Below are positions 28,958 to 39,309 of a DNA stretch of 64,000 nucleotides, one piece after another. Positions within the stretch are counted from its first letter, which is position 1, and each line of letters opens with the position of its first letter. The translations under genes and the position numbers were made by a program. Under the pieces are notes generated by a model. It saw only the letters and a program-made list of their open reading frames with translations. It had not been told where the DNA came from and did no database searches. The DNA comes from an uncultured Chloroflexia bacterium (lineage in GTDB: Bacteria; Chloroflexota; Anaerolineae; CG2-30-64-16): contig CAVZDU010000008.1 of the NCBI GenBank assembly GCA_963774265.1, positions 224,001-288,000 on the forward strand, read 5' to 3'.

Positions 28958-30214
28958 ATGTTACAAGATATACTGATGCTTGGGGCGCTGTTCATCCTGC
29001 GCATCGCCGTGCCACTTCTGCTGGTCGTCGGCGTCGGTTACTCGCTGCTGCAGCGATTCTTTGCAGTCAAGCTAGATTTCTCGCCCAAGTTCTTCACCGG
29101 CGTCGGCCTGGTACTATGCATCTGGGCGGTTGCGGCCATCACCCTCATCCTGCGCTTCACCAGCGGACTGGGTGCGGTGACGAACCTGAGCGACGAATTT
29201 CCGCTCGGTCTGTGGATCGGTTTCGACGTGATGGCAGGCGCGATGCTGGGTGGCGGCGCGTTTGTGCTGGCCGGCCTGGTGTACGTGTTCGGACTGGAAC
29301 GCTATCGGCCCATCCTGCGCTCCACAATTCTGACTGCCTTCTTGGGCTACGCGCTCCTGGTCGTGGCGCTGTTGATCGACGTCGGCCGGCCACAGAATAT
29401 CCTGCTGATGCGTCCGGTGTACTTCCCGAACATCCACTCGGTTCTGTGGGAAGTGGCCATGTGTGTGTTGTGCTACACCACAGTGCTCGCGCTGGAGTTC
29501 ATGCCTGCGGTGTTCGAGCGGTTGCGGTGGCGACGGGCGTGGCAAATCACGCACAAGATCACCCTGCCTCTGGTGATTATCGGCATCTTGTTGTCAACGA
29601 TGCACCAGTCATCGCTCGGTTCACTGTGGGTGATCGCACCCGGCAAGCTGCACCCCCTGTGGTATTCGCCCTTCCTTCCAGTACTCTTCTGGATCTCGGC
29701 AATGACGGTTGGGCTGGGGATGGTAGTCGTCGAATCTAACCTGAGCGCGCGGGGCTTAAAGCGAGGCCTGGAACAGAATCTGCTCGCCAGCCTGAGCAAG
29801 GCCAACGCAGGATTGCTGGCGCTCTACGCGATCGCGAAACTGGTTGACGTCGCCTGGCGCGGCCAGGCCGTGTACCTCACCCAACCCAGCCTGCATACGC
29901 TGCTATGGTGGGTCGAGGTCGGGATAGGCGCAATTGTGCCGGCCATTCTGATGTCACGGCCGAAGGTTCGAGAGAACAAAAATGCTCTCTTCGCGGTCGC
30001 TACGCTGGTCGTATTCGGCGGCATTATGAACCGGCTGAACGTGAGCGTCTTCGGCATGTGGGCCTACACCGGACCTGTGTATGTGCCGTCGTTGATGGAG
30101 ATCATCCTCACGGTGGCGATGTTCACCTTCGGTGCAGCCGTGTTTGCCGTGGCGACACGCTACCTGCCGGTCTTCCCCAAGGAAGAAGCAGCTGCAGAGA
30201 CGGTGCAGGCATAG
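28958..30214 (+). CDS. NrfD/HybB-family quinone-interacting membrane subunit
   Basis: GLGAVTNLSD..GLWIGFDV, DVGRP and LSTMHQSSLG motifs. Confidence 0.92.
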   Translation: MLQDILMLGALFILRIAVPLLLVVGVGYSLLQRFFAVKLDFSPKFFTGVGLVLCIWAVAAITLILRFTSGLGAVTNLSDEFPLGLWIGFDVMAGAMLGGGAFVLAGLVYVFGLERYRPILRSTILTAFLGYALLVVALLIDVGRPQNILLMRPVYFPNIHSVLWEVAMCVLCYTTVLALEFMPAVFERLRWRRAWQITHKITLPLVIIGILLSTMHQSSLGSLWVIAPGKLHPLWYSPFLPVLFWISAMTVGLGMVVVESNLSARGLKRGLEQNLLASLSKANAGLLALYAIAKLVDVAWRGQAVYLTQPSLHTLLWWVEVGIGAIVPAILMSRPKVRENKNALFAVATLVVFGGIMNRLNVSVFGMWAYTGPVYVPSLMEIILTVAMFTFGAAVFAVATRYLPVFPKEEAAAETVQA

Positions 30215-30325
30215 CAGTACCGTTGGGGGAGGCACACGCCCGGCTGGGAGCCTTCACGAGGGAGGCGGCCGGGCGTGTGCGCGTCTGGAGACCTCAATGA
30301 GAAACCCTTTCTGGCTCTGAACCGC

Positions 30326-30354
30326 TTGGCATTAAATAGGGCGCGTTGTATAAT
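30326..30354 (+). promoter_or_regulatory. Sigma70 promoter of the ABC-hydrogenase operon
   Basis: TTGGCA-N17-TATAAT. Confidence 0.7.
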
Positions 30355-30402
30355 CCGGTGGCCTGAACCAAAAAACACGAGGCAACGCTGAGGTCACCGC
30401 AC

Positions 30403-31386
30403 ATGCCCCATCGTGGCCGCCCCAACGTGCGATCGCGCCTGATGCTGGCGCTGCTGCTCCTGCTCTTGATAGCGGGCTGCGTACCGTTGCCCGCGGCACC
30501 AGCCTCCGAACTCCGCTCGACGTCGACCCCTTCCCGTGGTCTGGTCATCTATGCGCCGGCAACTCCCACATCTATCCCCGTCCTGCTGGCAGCCCGGCAC
30601 ATCGACGGCGCTCAGGTCACCATCTTCAACAACCACACCCAGGCGAACGCCCAGTTTCTGCGTGGCGATGTTGACATCCTCGTGACCGGGCTTTCTATCG
30701 GCGTCAATCTCTTCGAAAATGGTGCACCGGTTCAGGTCATCGATTCTTACGTCGCGGGTGTGACCTACCTGGTCACCTACGAGCAGAAAGTGGAAAGTTT
30801 CGCCGACCTGAAAGGCCAGACTATCTATATCCCCTTTGAAGGCTCACCGATCGAGGAGACGACCCGGTTCTTCGTCGAACGCGAAGGGCTGACCTGGAAA
30901 CAAGACATCAGTGTCGCCTACGCGCCGTTCACCTCGTCGGTGGAATTGCTGAAACAGGGCAAAGCAAGCGCGGTGGCCCTTCCCGAGCCATCGGTGTCCC
31001 TGATTGAGAAGCTGCCGGACCTCTACATCTCCTTGAGCTATCGCCAGTTGTGGGACGAAGCGACCGGATCGAAAGGCGGCTACCCGCAGGTGACGCCCTT
31101 CGTGCATCAGCAGTGGGCGGCCGCGCATCCTGATGTGATTCAGCGTTTCAATGACGAAGTGGCGGCCGCTTTAGAGGCCATCCAAAACGATCCTGTCACC
31201 GCGGTGGCGCAGACCCACGAGGCGTTGGGCATGCCCGCGCCAGTCCTGACCGCAGCGTTGGCACGCACCGACTTCGCCTTCATTAGCGGCGATGCGCTGG
31301 CACGGGAGGTCCGAGGTTACTACCAGATTATAGGCAAGCCGCTTGATGAGACATTCGACGCGTTTTTCTATCGCAGTCCGCAATAA
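30403..31386 (+). CDS. ABC importer substrate-binding lipoprotein (NitT/TauT/SsuA-like)
   Basis: Lipobox IAGC; SFADLKGQTI and AVALPEP motifs. Confidence 0.85.
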   Translation: MPHRGRPNVRSRLMLALLLLLLIAGCVPLPAAPASELRSTSTPSRGLVIYAPATPTSIPVLLAARHIDGAQVTIFNNHTQANAQFLRGDVDILVTGLSIGVNLFENGAPVQVIDSYVAGVTYLVTYEQKVESFADLKGQTIYIPFEGSPIEETTRFFVEREGLTWKQDISVAYAPFTSSVELLKQGKASAVALPEPSVSLIEKLPDLYISLSYRQLWDEATGSKGGYPQVTPFVHQQWAAAHPDVIQRFNDEVAAALEAIQNDPVTAVAQTHEALGMPAPVLTAALARTDFAFISGDALAREVRGYYQIIGKPLDETFDAFFYRSPQ

Positions 31387-32107
31387 TCTCGTCGGGCTCG
31401 TGCTGCTCCTGGTAGTCTGGTTCGTTCTGTCGCTCTTTTTCCCGAGTTACATCCTGCCCTCGCCAGGGCAGGTGCTTCGAGCTTCTCCAACCGTGCTGAA
31501 CGCGGCTTTTGTGCCGCATTTAGGGTTGACGATGCAGCGGGTGCTGATCGGTTTCCTGCTGGCCTTCGGGGTGGGCTCGGCGCTTGGCATACTGGCGTTT
31601 ATTCTGCACCTGACGGAGCACCTTAACAGCTTCATGGTGGCGTTGCAGGTCATTCCGGGCACGATCCTTGGCATCATCCTGCTGCTTGTATTCGGCGTCG
31701 GGGACTGGACGCCCATCGCGCTCGTGGCTCTGCTCACGTTGCCAACGGTCACCATCAACATCGCGAATGCACTGGCCAAGCGGGATTTCGGCTTGGAGCA
31801 ATACCTGCTGTCGGCGGGTGCGGGCCGGCGGCGCCTGGTGCGTCACCTGTACTTGCCCGCGCTGATTCCCACCATACAAAGCAACCTCAGCCTCGGCTTC
31901 GGGCTGGGCATGAAGGTGGTGGTGTTGGGCGAATTCATCGGCAGCCAGGACGGACTGGGCTATCTGCTGAACGTGGCAGCGATTCGCTTCGACATGCAGG
32001 CGGTGTTGGGGTATCTCTGCGTCATCCTGGTGATCAGCGCTCTGTTCGAGATAGGGCAGAGCTTGATCTTCAGCCTATTCCTGACGAAGTACTTCTATCC
32101 GCCATAA
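31346..32107 (+). CDS. ABC importer permease (TauC/SsuC-like)
   Basis: ILPSP and VVVLGEFIGSQDGLG motifs; six TM helices. Confidence 0.88.
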   Translation: MRHSTRFSIAVRNNLVGLVLLLVVWFVLSLFFPSYILPSPGQVLRASPTVLNAAFVPHLGLTMQRVLIGFLLAFGVGSALGILAFILHLTEHLNSFMVALQVIPGTILGIILLLVFGVGDWTPIALVALLTLPTVTINIANALAKRDFGLEQYLLSAGAGRRRLVRHLYLPALIPTIQSNLSLGFGLGMKVVVLGEFIGSQDGLGYLLNVAAIRFDMQAVLGYLCVILVISALFEIGQSLIFSLFLTKYFYPP

Positions 32108-32853
32108 TGCTAGACGACATGCTGACCGTTGAACACCTGACCAAGCAGTTCGAGACCGCCCACCGGGAATCGTCCCGTACGGAGGTGCCGCTTGGTAACC
32201 ATCCCGTTGGGACAGGAGCAATGACCGAACCATCGGTCATCGAGGACCTGTCGTTCGTGATCCCGCGTGGCGGGCGAGTGACATTGTTCGCGCCGACCGG
32301 TGCGGGCAAAACGACGCTCATCGATATTCTGACCGGGCTGGATCGAACGTATGAGGGAACATTCCGGCTGGCGGCGCTGAACCCGGCGACCATTTTCCAG
32401 GAACCGCGATTGTTTCCCCATATGACGGTCGAGGAGAATGTTTTCTTGCCGGCGCAAATCCGGCGCATTCCTCTGACAACGGCCTTACGCGGGAAGTATG
32501 AACGCTGGTTGGAAGTGTGTGACCTGGGAGCTTATACACAGTACTTTCCGTATCAGCTCTCCGGCGGCATGAAACAGAAGGTGGCGCTCATCCGCGGCTT
32601 TGTGACCGAGCCCGGACTTTGTGATGATGGATGAACCGTTCATTCCACTGATTTTCGATCAAAGCGGACGATAATCAGTCACATTCTGGAAAGTGCATCC
32701 GAAGATCAGCTGTTGTTCGTTACTCACGCGGTGGAGGAAGTTCCTCTGCTCACCCAGTCGGTCCTGCTGTTCAAAACAAACCGACTGGCGGACTACACCA
32801 CGCACGATGCGTCTCGTTTGGACACCAGTTCTCTGGAGGCAATCTATGGCTAG
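32107..32853 (+). CDS. ABC ATP-binding protein (TauB/SsuB-like); frameshifts near 32615-32710
   Basis: APTGAGKTT, FQEPRL and LSGGMKQKV; MDEPF and FVTH follow in shifted frames; stop TAG at 32851-32853. Confidence 0.85.
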
Positions 32854-33402
32854 AGTCAACTCCAAAGCCGCAAGAGCGGGTGCTGCCACCCGAACAGTAT
32901 GCCCAACTCGACGCGTACATCGACGACTTGCACATCGACCATGAGGACGAGCGCCGCAAGGAAGCGCTGATCCAGGTCTCGCACAAGGCACAACACCTCT
33001 TCGGCTTCCTGCCCGAAGAAGTCCAGCTCCACATCGCCGACCGCTTTGCCGTCACGCCACGCCGAGGTCTCCGGGGTCATCAGCTTCTACAACTTCTTCA
33101 CCACGACCCCGAAGGGCAAGTATCAGATCAACGTCTGCCTGGGTACCGCCTGTTACGTCAACGGCTCCGACAAGGTGCTTCAGGAGTTCGAGCACATCCT
33201 CGGCATCAAGACCGGCCAGGTGACCGCCGATGGCAAGTTCTCCATCGAGAGCCTGCGCTGCGTCGGTGCGTGCGGCCTGGCGCCCGTCGTCACGATCAAC
33301 GACAAAGTCTACGGCAAGGTCCAGGCCGGGCAAGGTCGCAGGAGCTCCTGGAACACTACCTGGTCGAAGTCGTCGGGGAGGAGGTTGCCGGCCTATGCTT
33401 AG
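32846..33402 (+). CDS. hydC: [FeFe]-hydrogenase subunit HydC (NuoE-like, [2Fe-2S]), frameshifted
   Basis: GVISFYNFF, VCLGTAC and LRCVGACGLAP motifs; ATG 32846 has a GGAGG RBS and overlaps the ABC ATPase stop. Confidence 0.85.
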
Positions 33403-35302
33403 ACGTAGACTCACCACCTACCGAGATCACTCGTATCAGGAACTCCTCGGCGAGCACAGCGCCTCAAGCCGCTGCTCGACAGCCGGATCAACCTCGGCGG
33501 CGCCAGAGGCGGCAACGGCGTCTAATCCTTGTCTGCGGCGGCACAGGCTGCCACGCCTCGGAGAGCGAGCAGATTGTCGACGAACTTCCAGGCACTGATC
33601 GCCAGGCAGCGATTGGGCGGACGTCGTGCAAGGCCTCCATCTACGGGCTGCTTCGGCTTCTGCGACAAAGGTCCCATCGTCAAGGTCTTCCCCGACGACG
33701 TCTTCTACGTCCAGGTGAAGCCCGAGGATGTCGCCGAGATCTTCGACACGCACATCCTCGGCAACCAGAAGGTGCAGCGCCTGTTGTACGAGGAGCCGGG
33801 CCTCAAGCAGAAGGTCGAAACGCAGCACGCGATGTCCTTCTACCGGAAGCAGATGCGCATCGCCCTGCGCAACTGCGGCCTGATCAACCCGGAAGACATC
33901 GACGAGTACCTCGCCGCTGGCGGCTACCAGGCCCTCGGCAAGGTGCTCACCGAGATGACGCCCGAGCAGGTCATCGACGTGATGAAGCGCTCCGGCCTGC
34001 GCGGCCGCGGCGGCGCCGGCTTCCCGACCGGCAAGAAGTGGGAATTCGGCCGCGAGCTACCGACCGGCGACGAGAAGTTCGTCATCTGCAACGCCGACGA
34101 GGGCGACCCCGGGCGCGTTCATGGATCGCTCCATCATGGAAGGCGATTCGCACAGCGTGATCGAGGGCATGGCCATCGCCGGCTACGCCATCGGCGCCCA
34201 CCAGGGCTACGTCTACATCCGGGCCGAGTACCCGCTGGCCGTCAAGCGGCTGCGAAATCGCCATCGGCCAGGCGCGCGACTACGGCCTGCTGGGCAAGAA
34301 CATCCTGGGCATCGGGCTTCGACTTCGACATCGCGATCAAGCTGGGCGCGGGCGCCTTCGTCTGCGGCGAAGAGACGGCGCTGATCCACTCCATCGAGGG
34401 CGAGCGCGGCGAGCCGCGCACCAAGCCGCCCTTCCCGGCGCAGAGCGGCCTGTGGGGCAAGCCCACCATCGTCAACAACGTGGAGACGCTGGCCAACGTG
34501 CCCGCGATCATCGACCGACGGGGCGGACTGGTACTCGCGCCATCGGCACGACGACGTCCAAGGGCACCAAGGTGTTCGCGCTGGCCGGCCAGATCAACAA
34601 CGTCGGCCTGGTCGAAGTGCCCATGGGCACCACCCTGCGCGAGATCATCTTCGACATCGGCGGCGGGATCAAGGACGGCCAGGAGTTCAAGGCCGCCCAG
34701 ACCGGCGGTCCGTCGGGCGGCTGCATCCCCAAGCAGTTCCTGGACACGCCCATCGACTACGAGTCGCTGCCGCAGATCGGCTCGATGATGGGCTCCGGCG
34801 GCATGATCGTGATGAGCGAGAAGGACTGCATGGTGAACATCGCCAAGTTCTACCTCGAGTTCACCGTGGACGAGTCGTGCGGCCGCTGCCTGCCCTGCCG
34901 GATTGGCACCAAGCGCCTGCACGAGATCCTGACCCGCATCACCGAGGGCAAGGGCACCGAGGCCGACCTGGTCGAGCTGCGCGAGCTCTCCAAGGTCATC
35001 ATCGACACGTCCCTGTGCGGCCTGGGCCAGACCGCGCCCAACCCGGTCCTCAGCACCATGAAGTACTTCTGGGACGAATACGAGGCCCACGTCATGGACA
35101 AGCGCTGCCCGGCCGGCGTCTGCCAGAAGCTGCTGTGCTACGAGATCCTGCCCGACAAATGCATCGGCTGCACGGCCTGCGCCGCGGCTGCCCGGTGCAG
35201 CTGCATCTCGGGCAAGGCCAAGCAGACCGCACCTCATCGACCAGACGCAGGTGCATCAAGTGCGGCGCGTGCATGACGAAGTGCAAGTTCAAGGCGATCT
35301 AG
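33395..35302 (+). CDS. hydB: [FeFe]-hydrogenase flavoprotein HydB (NuoF-like, with N-terminal 2Fe-2S and C-terminal 2x4Fe-4S), multiple frameshifts
   Basis: [65 protein letters not shown] and CIKCGAC motifs. Confidence 0.9.
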
Positions 35303-35327
35303 CGAGGCACTGAGAGGAGAGCTGACC

Positions 35328-37060
35328 ATGGTGAACCTGATCATTGACAATAAACCCGTCAGCGTCGAAGACGGCGCCACGATCCTGGAAGCCGCCCGCA
35401 AGATCAACATCCGCATCCCCACGCTCTGCTATCTGGACCTGGGCGAGCTGAAGATGGTCAACAAGGTGGCCTCGTGCCGGATGTGCGTGGTCGAGGTCGA
35501 AGGGCGGCGCAACCTGGCTCCTTCCTGCGCCACGCCCGTCGCCGAGGGGATGAAGGTGACGACCAACTCGCAAGCGGGTGCTGTTCGCGCGGCGCCGGCT
35601 GCTGGAGCTGATCCTGTCCAACCATCCGTTCGACTGCCTGATCTGTGCCAAGTCCACCGACTGCGAACTGCAGGCGCTGGCCTGGGAGTTCGGCATCAAC
35701 ACCAAGCGCTATCACGGCGAGAAGTCTCCATTCCCCATCGACAAGACGCAGCCGGCGCGCTCAAGCGCGACCCGGAAAAGTGCATCATGTGCCGGCGCTG
35801 CGAGACCATGTGCAACGAGGTGCAGACCGTCGGCGCGCTGACCGCCTTCGGCCGCGGGTTCAACGTCGTCGTCGGGCCGGCCGAAATGAAACCCATGGTC
35901 GAGTCCAACTGCGTCTACTGCGGGCAGTGCGTGAGCGTCTGTCCGACAGCCGCGCTGACCGGCGCACGGCTACATCCAGGAGACCTGGAACGGCGCTGTT
36001 CGATCCGACGCAAGACGGTGGTCGTCCAGGTGGCGCCGGCCATCCGCGCCGCGATTGGCGAGGAGTTCGGACATGCCCCCCGGATGCAGCGGTAACAGGC
36101 AAGCTGGTCGGCCGGCCTGCGCCGGCTCGGATTCGACGCCGTGTTCGACACCACCTTCGGCGCGGACCTGACGATCATGGAAGAGGCGCAGGAGATCATC
36201 GACCGGGTCACGAAGAACGAAAACCTGCCGATCCTGACCTCCTGCTGCCCGGCCTGGATCAACTTCATCGAGTACCAGTTCCCGAACCTGAAGTACATGC
36301 CGTCGTCGTGCAAGTCGCCGCAACAGATGACGGGCACGATCGCCAAGACCTACTACGCACAGAAGATCGGCGTGAAAGCCGGAAGACATGGTGATGGTGT
36401 CGGTCATGCCCTGCATCGCCAAGAAGTACGAATCCAGGCCGGTCCGAGCACCAGACCGAGCGGCGTCCGCGATGTGGATTTCGTCATCACCACCCGCGAG
36501 CTGGCCAAGATGTTCAAGGAAGGCGGCATCGACCTGCGCTACATGGAGGACGAGGAGTTCGACAACCCGCTGGGCGAGTCCACGGGCGCGGGCGTCATCT
36601 TCGGCGTGACCGGCGGCGTGCTCGAGGCCGCGCTGCGCACCGTCTACGAAGAGGTTACCGGCAAGGAGCTGAGCGATGTCAACTTCACGGCCGTGCGCGG
36701 GCTCAAGGACGTGCGTGAGGCGACCATCGACCTGGGCGGAAAACAGATGCAGCGTCGCGGCCGGCGTCCGGCCTGGGCAACGCCCGCACGATCCTGAGAA
36801 CGTCGAGAAGGGCACCTCGAAGTACGACGTCATCGAGATCATGGCCTGTCCGGGCGGCTGCATCAACGGCGGCGGGCAGCCCTACACCCACGAGCCGGCT
36901 GGAGCTGATCGAGCAGCGCATCCAGGCCATCTACCAGATCGACGAAGCATCGCACATCCGCAAGTCGCACGAGAATCCGTCGATCATCAAGCTCTACGAG
37001 GAATTCCTCGGCGAGCCCGGCGGCCACAAGGCGCACGAGCTTCTCCACACGGAGTATTAG
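35328..37060 (+). CDS. hydA: [FeFe]-hydrogenase catalytic subunit HydA (trimeric group A3 type), multiple frameshifts
   Basis: H-cluster motifs TSCCPAW, MPCIAKKYE and EIMACPGGCINGGGQP; N-terminal 2Fe-2S, HxxxCxxC and 2x4Fe-4S; ends AHELLHTEY. Confidence 0.93.
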
Positions 37061-37161
37061 GCCCCTCTGGCGCCCCAAGGTGCCCGGCACTTCAACGATC
37101 CCAAGGATCGCAAGTGCCGGGCGCCTGAAAACCACTGACGCGCAGTGCCGCCCCCACTTCG

Positions 37162-38702
37162 CTTGCGGTACCCCACTTTCTAGCTTGGTAGGGGCCACCA
37201 GTGTTTGAGGCGGTAGCGACGCTGCCATGGGCGCCAGAGCGGGGTTGTGGTCCAGAGATAGACGCCGAGCCAGTGGACGGCGCGGCGGACGAGTGTCGAC
37301 CAGGCGGGGGCGCGCAGGATTTCGAGGCCGAGGCGCACATAGCTGAGCCAGCCGCGTGCGGCAAAGCGGCGCATCCAGTGGGGGAGGTGGGGTTGTGGGC
37401 CGCGATGGGGGATGACTGGGGGCGGCTGGGCGGGGCCATGGGCCAGCAAGTCGGCATCCGGTGTATCCGGGGGTGCCGCTTCGAGGGCGGGGGCGATCGC
37501 GTGCGGTTGCGCCAAGTCATGATGGGCCTGGAGGCCCGTGAGTGCGGCGAGCCAGTGCAGGCACAGGTTGGCCAGGAGCAAGCGGTGCACGTGTAAGGGT
37601 GACTTAAGGCGGTGTTCATCGCCGCTTTCGCGGAGCATGACGCCGGATTTGTCGTCGCGGTTACCGGCTTCAATGCGCATACGCCAGCGATAACAGGTTT
37701 CGGTGGCGGGTTCAGACGGTAGATTGGTAGCCAGATACCAGGGTTCCTTGTGACCGACTTCCCAGAGCGCCAGGACCGCCACGGGCACTGGGTCGTCTTT
37801 GCCGTACTGAGCCTGCGGCAGCCAGCGCCGTTGGCCGGGTTGCAGGGCCAACACGTCCTTGGCCGCGCCGGCCGTCCCGTCGGGCAGGTGCAGCCAGGTT
37901 TCGCCGTCGAACCGAATCACAAACTGGCGCTGGTGGGTCAGAAACCAGCGGAAAAGACTGGCACGGCGCAAACCCGCGATCCGCCACGATCACGATTTGC
38001 TGGCTGGGGGTGGTCAAGGCCCACAGGTAATGGAGCAGTTGTTCCTCGATGTGGTTTTGACTGGTCCAGTGGTGCACCTCGGCGCTCGCCGCTTGCAGCG
38101 GTTGGTGCTGCCGTCGTGCGGGCCGGATGCGGGTCGTATCGGGCGTGGGCCAGCGGGCGGCCGGGGGGAAACAGGCCCGGAGTTGGCGGCGATGATAGGT
38201 GGTGAACACGATGGGCAAGGCGCGGCCGCCACAGGGCACGCTGGCAATCAGGGCCGCAAAGGGCTCGAAATACGTCGTGTCGAGTAAGACGGGCAATAGT
38301 TGCGGGTCCGTCGGCACCGCGGTGCTAAAGTGGACGGCTAAGCGGTACCACCGATAGAAGATCTCGGGCTCATCCAGGCGTGGATTGCTCAGAAAGCGGT
38401 TCAGCCGTTTGAGCCGACCATGCAACGACTGGCGGCCCTGCGCACGCGGTCCGTCGGGCAGCGCACGCGCCACCTCGGTCGCACAGAAGCTCGGACGTTC
38501 CGTCAACGCACTCACGATCTGCGCCAGCATGCTCTGCTGCGGCTTGACCCACGTGGGTGTGAGATGCTGGACAAATGTCAACACATCAGCATATGTTAAG
38601 GTCATCGACAGCTCCGGATACTTGGGTTTGTGGAATAACACAAGATGCCCGAAGCTGTCGATCTATTCAACTAGCTGGCATTACAAAGTGGGGTACCGCA
38701 AG
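37162..38702. mobile_element. Insertion sequence, 1541 bp, IS4-like
   Basis: Perfect 18-bp TIRs cttgcggtaccccacttt (37162-37179) and aaagtggggtaccgcaag (38685-38702); 9-bp TSD cccacttcg at 37153-37161 and 38703-38711. Confidence 0.93.
37180..38641 (-). CDS. DDE transposase (IS4 superfamily); frameshift near 37970
   Basis: RLNRFLSNPRLD, LLDTT, VADRGF, WYLATN and YRWRMRIEAGNRDDK (YREK-like) motifs. Confidence 0.88.
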
Positions 38703-38763
38703 CCCACTTCGCCCTTGATCGTTACTCCATTTTGCTGTATGATTGGGGTATATGGAGGACGAG

Positions 38764-39309
38764 ATGACGCGAAGCAGTGAAAGGACCAGCCGAGTGCGCG
38801 TCCAGGTCGATCTGACAAGAGCGGAAGCTGCACTCATCGATCTGTTGCAGCGGCGCCTCTCCGTACGTTCGCGCGCGGACCTCTTGCAGCAGGCATATGG
38901 CACGTTCCTCTGGGTGGTCGATGAGATGCTGGCGGACCGCCGCATTATCAGCATCGAGCCCGAGGCGCTGGAGGGCGTCGAGCGCTTCAAGGAGTTAAGC
39001 CTGCCGGCCGTGCAGCCCTTGATTTTCGAGCATTACCGTTACCTGGTGACACGCCCCACAACGGGTCAAAGTCAACCGTATTTGAAGGGTCGCAACATGA
39101 CGGTCGGCCAACTGGTTTTCACCATGCGTGCGAACAAAATGACGCCCGAAGAGGCCGCCGAAGATCTGAACCTGCCTGTGGAGCAGGTGCAGGAAGCTCA
39201 GGCGTACTATGAAATCCATCATGAAGTCATTGAAGCCGAAGCCGAGGAAGCAAAGCAGGTATTGAAGGCACAAGGAGTAGCGCTTGAGCCTCCGCCTATA
39301 CCTGGATGA
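38764..39309 (+). CDS. Antitoxin with C-terminal DUF433-like domain and extra N-terminal domain
   Basis: QPYLKGRNMTV...TPEEAAEDLNL.VEQVQEAQAYY; overlaps the downstream PIN gene. Confidence 0.75.
   Translation: MTRSSERTSRVRVQVDLTRAEAALIDLLQRRLSVRSRADLLQQAYGTFLWVVDEMLADRRIISIEPEALEGVERFKELSLPAVQPLIFEHYRYLVTRPTTGQSQPYLKGRNMTVGQLVFTMRANKMTPEEAAEDLNLPVEQVQEAQAYYEIHHEVIEAEAEEAKQVLKAQGVALEPPPIPG

Noticed and set aside
28048-30214. [NiFe]-hydrogenase-2 operon
   Set aside because: No small or large hydrogenase subunit or hyp genes are present.
32846-35302. Respiratory complex I nuoE/nuoF
   Set aside because: They are followed by an H-cluster subunit and no other nuo genes, so they are hydrogenase subunits.
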